DNA of 64,000 nucleotides, from the NCBI GenBank assembly GCA_951406725.2, contig OX597840.1, positions 14,384,001 through 14,448,000 of the forward strand, read 5' to 3'. The notes beneath the pieces were generated by a model that did no database searches, was not told where the DNA came from, and saw only the letters and a list, made by a program, of their open reading frames with translations. Positions within the stretch are counted from its first letter, which is position 1. Every line of letters starts with the position of its first letter. Source of the stretch: Octopus vulgaris (taxonomy: Eukaryota). Shown piece by piece: positions 54,140 to 64,000 of this stretch. A program made the position numbers and the translations under genes.

Positions 54140-54348
54140 AAGGGGGCATAATTGTTAGTATACTGAGTGAAGTGCTCAGTACCTTTTCGTCCATTTTTCT
54201 GTTCTGAGTTCAAATTCCACTGAGGTTGACTTTGCCATTCATCCTTTCAGGTCCAATAAATTAAGTACCAGTTAATTACTCGGGTCGATGTAATCAACTT
54301 ACCTCCTCCTCCAAAATTGCCGACCTTGTGTCAAAATTTGAAACCAAT
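54140..54348 (+). mobile_element. SINE family D
   Basis: 'gttctgagttcaaattcc...ttcatcctttcaggtccaataaattaagtaccag'. Confidence 0.8.
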
Positions 54349-55594
54349 ATTATGTTACTCTGATTGATTAAAATAAACTGCTGAGGTATGTGTGTGTGTG
54401 TGGTGGGGGTTAAAATGCCATTTGGTGATGAAGAGGACATTGATGTGAAAAAGGTGGCACTGATGTGAAAGGGGACTCAAGAGGCTAGAATCACTTGGTC
54501 ACAATGTCCTGGGTGTCCTTCTTTAAGATGGCAAATTTTCCAGGTTGGTGAGAGATTTCCTTGGAAGATAAATGACTACATAGAGGTTTCCCTTAGTTGA
54601 TTTGTCATTTTATATGTTGTTGTTGTTGGAGGTGGTGGTAGTTGAGGTTGTGGTGGGGATGACGATGGTGGCTGAATAATAGAATGGACAGGGTTTGTTG
54701 ATGTTCTTTTGTCTGGGACCAGGCATTATGCAGCAGATCTATAATCTCATGATTATGATGATGACGATGACAATCATCATCACCACCACCACCACCACCT
54801 CTGCCACCACCAACAACACCAGCATCATCATCATGGTCACTATAATATTGATATTTGTATCTGTTATTGTGTCTATTTATGAACACAGAAATGAAAGAAT
54901 TGTCACTCTCTCTCCACACCACATGCATGCTATAAATATTCCCATTGTTACCTGTGTGTGTGTATGTATATATATATTTATATCTATCTATATATATGCA
55001 CACAAACTTGTGTGTGTATACAAATCTATCTATATATTTAAGCTATAAATATTTCTATTGTTAACTGTTTGTGTGTGTATTTCAATGTATGTATGTACAT
55101 CTGTATGTATGTATGTATGTATCTCTCTATATATGTATATATATGTGTGTGTGTGTGTGTATGTATATATATATATGTATATATATATATAGGGTCTACA
55201 AATATTTCAATTGTTAATTCTCTGCATGTGCGTAAATGTTTCCACACACACACATGTGCGGTATAAGTATACATATTCATTGTTACCTGTTTGAGTGTTT
55301 GCATAATGTGTATGTGTGTGTATACACACACACACAGAGGCTATAAATATTTCTCTTACCCATCATATATTTAACCAATCACTGTTCTCAAATTTAATTA
55401 TCTCCTCAAACCTGTCTGTCAGTCTGTAATTTTATCTGTCTGTCAACCCACCATCCTCTTACTCACACGTTCTCTCTCTCTCACACACACACACACTCAC
55501 ACTCATGCATCATTACAAACATATTTTCCTCTTGTGTGCATATATTTTAAACTTCTCTAACTCTATGTATGTATATGCATGTGATATTTACATA

Positions 55595-55666
55595 CCTATC
55601 TGTCTGTACATCTGGTTTTCTGTCTGTCTATCTGTCTATCTCTTCATTTATCTATCAATCTACCTG

Positions 55667-55756
<90 letters not shown>

Positions 55757-55936
55757 CCTCTCTCACTCTCTCTCTCTCTCTCTATCTATATATCTATCTA
55801 TCTATCTCTCTATATATCTATCTATCTATCCCTCTCTCACTCTCTCTCTCTCTCTCTATCTATATATCTATCTATCTATCTCTCTATATATCTATCTATC
55901 TATCCATCTCTCACTCTCTCTCTCTCTCTATCTAAA

Positions 55937-55996
<60 letters not shown>

Positions 55997-56040
55997 AGTC
56001 TTTCTGTCTGTCAGTCTGTCTGCCTGTCTGTCTTTCTCTA
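55595..56040. repeat. (TCTA)n/(TC)n compound tract with internal duplications
   Basis: Directly visible. Confidence 0.95.
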
Positions 56041-56098
56041 GATACACACACACAGACACATACATGTATATATATATATATTTATACATGTATGTGTG

Positions 56099-56139
<41 letters not shown>

Positions 56140-56142
56140 ACG

Positions 56143-56194
<52 letters not shown>

Positions 56195-56493
56195 CCTACA
56201 CACACACACACATGCTTGTCTGTATGTTTCACTCTATAATCCAATATTGTTATGCAAGAGAGGACATCCATCTGGTTGGCAGCAGAAGGGGAGAGAATCC
56301 TTTTAATAGTCACTTAAAATAGGTACAATAATGCAGTCTGCTTCAACACACACACACACACACACATGAATGTATATCTATATTTGTGTGTGTGTGTTTG
56401 AGTGTGAATGTATATGTGTTTGCGTCAAAGTTTTTTAGATTGCGCTTTGTGCATTTACAAATACACATGCATGCATACTCACACTGGTATATA

Positions 56494-56541
<48 letters not shown>

Positions 56542-57106
56542 CGAACATACACACACATACATATATATATATATGTATATATAAATGCTAGCACTCTCAG
56601 GTACATAAATAGATGTATGCATACACACACACATGCACACACACACACACATGTGCATACTGCCTCATGTGTTGTGTCATACACACACCTCTACATAACT
56701 GTTATTCAATGCTTTAATTGAAGAACTAAGAAAAGAACTGCAAATGAGTGAGTGAGAGAGAGTAAGAGGGCTGCTTTAAGAAATGAGACAGAGTGAGGTA
56801 GATAGGTGCGTGTTTGGGTGTCAGATATGAAGAACTCAAGGCAGAGGGTGAGAACGGTGGTGGTGATGGTGGTGGTGGTGGTGATAACGAAGAGGAGGGA
56901 TTGAAGGAGAGTGTTCATTATTTTGTTAAGTAGACTGATAGTGAAAAATGTAACTTCAGTTAATTGTAAATTGTCCTCTCTACCACTACAGCCATATGCA
57001 CTTGCCCAAACACACACACACACACATGCATTACTTCTCATCATCTTGTTATGCCCCCCCCCCAAACAGCTTCACAAACAACACTGTTTTTGATATATAT
57101 ATATAT

Positions 57107-57580
57107 CATTGTCGTCGTTTAATCTCCACTTTCCATGCTGGCATGGGTTGGATGGTTTGACTGAGGACTGGCAAGCCATGAGGCTACACCAGACTCTAAA
57201 TCTGATCTGGCAAGGTTTCTACAGCTGGATGTCCTTCCTAATGCCAACCACTCCAAGAGAATAGTGGGTTAGGCTTTTTATGTGCCACAGACACAAGGGC
57301 CAGGCAGGCGATACTAGCATCAACCATGCTTGAATGGTGCTTTTTACATGCCATCGGCACAGGAGCCAGTCAGGCAGCGCTGGCAATGACCCACTTTCGA
57401 ATGGTGCTTTTTACTTGACACCAGCACAGGAGCCAGTCAGGTGGCATTGGCAATGACCAGACTTGAATGGTGCTTTTTAGGTACCACCGGCATGGGCACC
57501 AGTCAAGCGTCACTGGCAATCACCACGCCCAAGTGGTACTTTTTACATGTCACTGGCATGGGGGCCAATCAGGCTGCACT
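57107..57580 (-). mobile_element. Older RTE family B 3' end with five diverged repeat units
   Basis: UTR motifs plus repeated 'aatggtgcttttta..tgcca.c.gcac/atg' units. Confidence 0.8.
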
Positions 57581-57625
<45 letters not shown>

Positions 57626-57628
57626 ATA

Positions 57629-57941
57629 CAGCTTCTTCTCAACTTACAACTGAGTTCCATTCTGACTGACCGGTCATAAGTCGATCTGGTCGTATGTCGG
57701 ATTTATATTTTCCAACACTGTTTTCATTTGAATGCAACTGATGCTTGAAAGTGACTGAGAGACAGAGGCAAGAAGTGGATGCCTGGGTCTGAGGGGAAGG
57801 GCCTATATTGCCAGAGGCTGCCATAGTTATCGTACGTATAGCTGCCCCATGTCCAAAAATCGAATTTTTTCTCTTTGCTTTTTTTATTTATTTATTTCTT
57901 GTGACCCTAATTGCAGATGGTTGTAAGTCAAGGAGAAGGTG
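57629..57941. mobile_element. Tc1/mariner (Tigger-like) MITE
   Basis: TA|cagcttcttctcaacttacaac ... gttgtaagtcaaggagaaggtg inverted termini, with internal 'gtcataagtcg..gtcgtatgtcg'. Confidence 0.65.
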
Positions 57942-58001
57942 TGTGTGTGTGTGGAGATACATATGCACATTGCGAGGGGCAAGTAGAATGATTAACTATA
58001 C

Positions 58002-58062
<61 letters not shown>

Positions 58063-58063
<1 letters not shown>

Positions 58064-58458
58064 TTTTTTATTCTTTTACTTGTTTCAGTCATTTGACTGT
58101 GGCCATGCCGGAGCACTGCCTTTAGTCGAGCAAATTGGCCCCAGGACTGATTCTTTGTAAGCCTAGTACTTATTCTATCAGTCTCTTTTGCCTAACCGCT
58201 AAGTTACAGGGACGTAAACACCCCAGCATTGGTTGTCAAGCAATGTTGCGGAGACAAACACACACAAACATATACACACACATACATAAAGATATACAGA
58301 TATGTGACGGGCTGTTTCAGTTTCCGTCTACCAAATCCACTCACAAGACTTTGGTCGGCCTGGGGCTATAGTAGAAAACACATGCCCATGGTGCCACGCA
58401 GTGGAACTGAACCCAGAACCATGTGGTTGGTAAGCAAGCTACATACCACACAGCCACT

Positions 58459-58460
<2 letters not shown>
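58063..58460 (-). mobile_element. SINE family A, full length
   Basis: Reverse complement of the family-A consensus, between (TA)n tracts. Confidence 0.95.
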
Positions 58461-58505
<45 letters not shown>

Positions 58506-59414
58506 GCACATTCATGTATACAAAGTAGCTGTTTTACATGTGAATGTAAAATTTTATGTTAGGAATAAATATGTATGTATGTATGTATGTAAATGTCTAT
58601 CCATTCATCTATCCATCTACATGCATTCCTACCTAGCTGCGTACTCACTTATCTCTTTCCCACTCTCTTCCCTCCCTCTCTCTTCTCTCTCTCTCTCTCT
58701 CTCCCTATCTCTTCTCTCTCTCACTCCCTCTCTCTTCTCTCTCTCACACACATAATAAACATGGTCTTTCTAAATGATTCCTAATCGTTTTCCTTGTCTT
58801 CATTGTTGTCGTAGTTGTATTCATGAATGTTTGTATGTATGTGTGTGTATGCATTTGTTTCTATATGCTTGCTTCTATGTATGTGTATGTGCATCCATAT
58901 GCATGTGTATGTATGAAATGTTGTCAGTATCCACAATGATTGTATAAAATGGATGAACACATGCTAATAAAAAATTTGTTGTACTTGTGTCTGTGAGGTG
59001 ACCAGTTTCTAAATATGGTTACCTAAGTTGATGAAAGGCTCATTTTTGTGTCATTGATGTCACATTTATAGGAGAAACTTACTAAATTAGTTGTTTGTCC
59101 ACTGATATTAGTTGTAATGTTTGCTATATTCTCATAATGTTGAGTGGGAAACATACTTTTGGGGGGAAATAGCATTTGGCCTTTGTTCACACACTGGAAA
59201 AACATTGGAAGTTTTCAAATATTTATGTGTATCTATTTGTGTGTATATGTGTACATGTTGGTATATTTGTATATATCTATGTGTGTGTGTGTGTATTTAA
59301 GTATATATTCATATATAATGATGTAAATTATGTATACACATATATGTGCATGCTCACATATATCTGTATATGTATGTCTACACTCAAATTTTTACCCATT
59401 TTGTATTTTTACAT

Positions 59415-59451
<37 letters not shown>

Positions 59452-59452
<1 letters not shown>

Positions 59453-60008
59453 GTGTGAGAGAGCAGTGCATGCCATCAAAGTGACACTGGGGTAAAATAT
59501 ATGAAGCTCAGTATACCCATCATGACTACCCGTTTGACAAGGGTACTCCAGGCATGTGCATCACAACCATATGTGCACGACATGGTGATCCCATATCAAG
59601 ATAAACAGAGCATGACCTTGCAGGTGGGGCCCAGTTAGAATTTTCTTCTAGTTGAGTATCCCATCCTGCTCAAAAGGTCTCTGAATAAGGGTTGTTTAAG
59701 GATGTTGGACGAAACATCCATGTTTCCTAAGATGAATTATTCAAACCTTAAAGAATTCCTTTCAACACATGGCTATGATGTTCCCCCACTACTTCTGCTC
59801 ATGATCAGAGATGCACATATTGTCAGCCACTAAGGGACATGCTCAACTGGTTATGTCAAACAACTGACAAGCAAATCTCTGGTATTGAGCAGAATATTTG
59901 CTGTAACCCATCTTTTATACCAAGACAAAACAATGTACATGATAACACTTCCAATCAGTTAAGATCAGAAGCCATGAGAGCCAATGCCTGGTACTGCATC
60001 AGGGCATT
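59452..60008. mobile_element. ~550-bp interspersed element inserted in a (TAT)n tract
   Basis: Complex non-microsatellite block flanked on both sides by (TAT)n. No TIR and no convincing ORF. Confidence 0.5.
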
Positions 60009-60799
60009 CATTATTATTATTGTTATTATTATCATCACCACCATTATCACTGTACTGATTCTTCCTTCTTGTTTCTGTTTTAATTTGCCTTCTCTCTTCC
60101 AGACATAACATCACTACCCAGTCACAACCCTACCCTTGTAAATCACCATTGATAACAACCTACACACTTCTCATAACCCACACAATCTTAGATACAACCC
60201 TAATCATTTCTAAAGTTACAACCCCTTAATCTTTTTTTTAACATTTTTAGCAATCCACTCTCATTTTTCTACCCCACCCTGCTCCTTGCCCTCCCTTGTT
60301 CTCCCCATACTTTATTATTATTTCTACCACTTTCTACCCTTCTACTTTAAGTAACTATTTCTATCCTACATATTTTCTTTTCAATCTATTTTCCAATAGT
60401 CCTTTCTTCAATGCCCACCACCAAATCAGGAATTAAGCCAACAACAACCACTTATGTCTTCACTTCATCTCAATCTTGTTTTCATTATAAGTATGATTTG
60501 TTTTATTACTCATCATATCATTATTGACGTTATTATTGGAATTATATTCATTATTGTCATTTTTACTATTTTCATTTTTATACACATTACCATTACTATT
60601 TAAAGGAGCCTGGCTTTCCCTGTGTTATTCATATGGAACTTGATTCCCCATGTCTGTTTTTGTCGGATGAGTCAATCATTGTAACATCTGGCCATGGTAT
60701 GAGAAGACAATAAACCTAAACTGTGTCTCTTCTCTAACACTGAGATCTTTTGCATTCTGTATTACTAAAACTATCTGGTGGAGACATATCTATCAGCAT

Positions 60800-61040
60800 A
60801 TATGTGTGTCTGTGTGTGTCTTTTTGTCTGTTTGTATGTGTGTGTGTGTGTGTGTCTCTTTGTCTCCAACCACTGCTTGACAACTGGTACTGGTGTGTTT
60901 ACATTCCCGTAACTTAGTGGTTTGACAAAAGAGATCCAATAGAATAAATACCGGGATTTAAAAATTACTGGGTTCAATTAATTCAAATAAATGAATCACA
61001 TTTCTTCAAGGTGGTGCCCCAGCATGGTCACAGTTTAATG
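60800..61040 (+). mobile_element. SINE family A, 3' half
   Basis: 'cttgacaactggtactggtgtgtttacattcccgtaacttag...ccagcatggtcacag'. Confidence 0.8.
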
Positions 61041-61057
61041 ACTGAAACAAGCGAAAG

Positions 61058-61089
<32 letters not shown>

Positions 61090-61090
<1 letters not shown>

Positions 61091-61438
61091 GTGCAGGCAT
61101 GGCTGTGTGGAAAGAAGCTTGCTTACCAACCACATGGTTCCGGGTTCAGTCTCACTGAGTGATACCTTGGCTAATGTCTTCTACTATAGCACTGACCAAA
61201 GTCTTGTGAGTGGATTTGGTAGACAGAAACAGAAAGAAGCCTGTCGTGTGTGTGTGTCCGTGTTTGTCCTCTCACCATCGCTTGACAGCCAATGTTGGTG
61301 TGTTTGCATCCCTGTAACGTAGCAGTTCGGCAAAAGAGACCAATAGAATAAGTATTATACTTGCAAAGAATAAGAATAAGTGGTGCTTCAGCATGGCCAT
61401 AGTCAAATGACTGAAACAAGTAAAAAAATAAAAGAATA
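61090..61438 (+). mobile_element. SINE family A
   Basis: Head, core and tail. Confidence 0.9.
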
Positions 61439-61477
61439 TATATACATATAATATACACACACACACATAAATTTTTT

Positions 61478-61890
61478 GTCTTTTGCTTGTTTTAGTCCTT
61501 AGACTGTGGCCATGCTGGGGCACTACCTTGAAGAATTTTTAGTTGAATGAATCAACCCTAGTACTTATTTTTTAAGCCAAGTACTTACTCTATCAGTTGC
61601 TTTTGCCGAACCACTAAGTTACAGGGATCACTGAATTACACACCGACATTGGTTTTCAAGCAATGGTAGAGGGGCAAACACAGACGCACAAATACATAAA
61701 CACACACATACACAGATGTATATATATATGATGGGCTTCTTTCAATTTCTGTTTACCAAATCCACTCACAAGGTTTTGGTTGGCCAAGGCTATAGTAGAA
61801 GACACTTGCCGAAGGTGCTACGCAGTGGAACTGAACTCGGAGCCATGTGGTTGGGAAGCAAGCTTCTTACCACCCAGCCACTCCTGCACC
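61478..61890 (-). mobile_element. SINE family A, tail-to-tail with the previous copy
   Basis: Reverse complement of the family-A consensus. Confidence 0.9.
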
Positions 61891-62047
61891 TATATATATA
61901 TATATATTACGGAGATGTACTCGCATAGCAAGTAATTTGATCTGAGATCGTGTGCTGAAACGAAAACAATTGCAGCGTGGAAGGTGTTTATAAGCCATTT
62001 AAGAAACACACAAAAGCCGTTCGATTCACTTCAACATATAAGTTTAA

Positions 62048-62097
62048 TTTGTCAAAATATTTTCGTTGCTAAAATCTGCAACCTGTTCACTGACAAA
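62048..62097 (-). ncRNA. Variant hammerhead ribozyme motif (G3:C8 core) in a ~200-bp insert between (TA)n tracts
   Basis: Minus strand: tttgtca-GTGAACA-g-gttgc agatttta gcaac-GAAA-atat-TT-tgacaaa. Confidence 0.55.
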
Positions 62098-62105
62098 AAT
62101 CCGTG

Positions 62106-62138
<33 letters not shown>

Positions 62139-62652
62139 ATGGTTGTATACTGTCAACTTAACGTGACAGTAGAGGATTACACCACCGCTGTTTAGCCCTA
62201 GAAAGCATCAACGCTTTCTGATGGCTTCGACACACTGTGTCCTTATATATTTAAGAAGGGGAGACAAATACCCCCAACAGCTAGGCCTGCATCTAGAGAC
62301 ATGCCCCACCACTCTACATATCTCTATGAGATATTTAGAAATTTAATATTTCTGATAAATATATATACACACACACACAAAATATGTTATTCATATTTTT
62401 GTATCTACATCTGTTTCCAGTCGATGGCTCTGTGTTAACTTCCTGTAATTGAGACAAATATCTTCAACAGACTCTGCTTCATCTGTTGAAGCAAAACCGC
62501 TTTGATGTCAACAGATATCATAATAATAACAATATTACATGTGTGTATATTTCATATACACCACATGGTACAAACACATACACATGTAATGATGTAGGAG
62601 AGTGTGTTATATATGCATTCTGCATTATATTGTGTGTATTGTGCAATATATA

Positions 62653-62689
<37 letters not shown>

Positions 62690-63654
62690 CAGGAGAGCGA
62701 GAGAGATGTTGATTGACAGATATATAAATATATGTTTATACACACATGTGCATGCACACACACGTATATCTACATGTATGTGCAGTCACCAAATTTCAGC
62801 GATTAGATATTCTAACCATTTGGAGCCAGTGTTCAGATTAAAACATACACGTTCATATCAGACACACTCGTGGACATATACAAAAACACAGGTGCATACA
62901 CAGAGACATACACAAACTTATATTTTAACTAACCATCCATTCCCCTCTTCTTCCACTCCCTCACCTTCAGATGCTTACATGTATACATACTTATCTCTCT
63001 CTACACACACAGACATACACATTGTATGTTTAGCATCAAATGAAAAAAATGAAAATTGAATGAACTTGCTTTCGACAATTTCTCTGTGACTCTTCCATTT
63101 AAAACTAAACTAAAATAAAATAAACGTTTTTCTATGTCGATTTAAGTGTTTGATTAACTATTTTCACTGAAAAGAACTGATTTTTATTGATAAAAAAAAA
63201 ATAATAAAAAAGAAACAAAAGAAACAATCTCAGCCATTTTGGCTGCCAAAGAAACAAAAAAAAAAACAACCAAAGATAAAAACTTTGGATGAAATATCTC
63301 AACAAAATATGTATCTATCTTTTTGAATATTTTTCAGCTTTTTTTCTGGATTTCTAAGCAGGTAAATCAAATACAAAATTCTTATCCAAAGGAATGGGTT
63401 GTATATCTTGGTGTTTGACTTTTATTTGGTTCTTTTTAAAACATTTTGTTTGTAGTTTTTTATTTATTTTTTTATTTGATATATTTATTAGTATTATTAT
63501 TTATTATTTTTATTAATATCATTATTTTTGTCAATGTTTTCATGAAACGTCTGCTTTCTTTACATTTAGATTCTGTAGAGAACGTATACAAAAAAAACCA
63601 AAAAAAACCAAAGGTTGCTTGCTATTATTTGAGTGATGGTGATATCTATCTATC

Positions 63655-63685
<31 letters not shown>

Positions 63686-64000
63686 CCATCTATCTATATC
63701 TATCAATATATATATATATCTATCTATCTATATATATATATATATATATAATAAATTGGCTTGTTAATGTGTTTAGATAGTCAATATTTGTTCTCTGTTT
63801 GTAGTACTCTGTTGAACATTTTTCTTTTAAAATGTGTGTGTGTACCAGTAGTGTTGAATAGCTGTAGAACCATTTGTTTCATCATCCTAAACACTTCAGA
63901 TGACAGCTAGGTACATGTTTGATTCTCTGTTCCTGCAAAACCAACTTTGCAAACAAATGAGCCATAAAGGTACAGCAATAATACCACACTAGACACGGTT

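Noticed and set aside
62709-62719. Second TGATTGACAG decamer
   Set aside because: Isolated within degenerate GATA/GACA microsatellite, so likely chance.

Overview
This 64-kb window is AT-rich, microsatellite-saturated eukaryotic DNA. I could not recognise any host protein-coding exon, rRNA or true tRNA gene, and almost all ORFs in the supplied track are translations of (TA)n/(CA)n/(TACA)n repeats. The repeat families look like those of an octopus (coleoid cephalopod) genome, which is an inference from family recognition only. The content is: about 20 copies of a tRNA-headed SINE with an internal microsatellite (family A); three to four other SINE families; many 5'-truncated RTE LINE 3' ends whose 3' UTR carries a tandemly reiterated hairpin/pseudoknot unit; an R4/Dong-type RLE LINE fragment interrupted by a second RTE; CR1/Jockey and pogo/Tigger remnants; and piggyBac-, hAT- and Tigger-type MITEs plus a non-autonomous Helitron. 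The most interesting signal is about 15 short inserts, mostly in or next to (TA)n tracts, that carry minimal hammerhead-ribozyme (HHR) motifs of the Penelope-like-element (PLE) type. They are often arranged as fold-back inverted pairs. One has an apparent compensatory G3:C8 catalytic-core swap (62048-62097), one has a U4C-type core, and one has an intact core (41592-41683). A dense Pbx/Hox/Meis motif cluster at 32.6 kb is a candidate enhancer. All calls are by eye and none were checked against a database.
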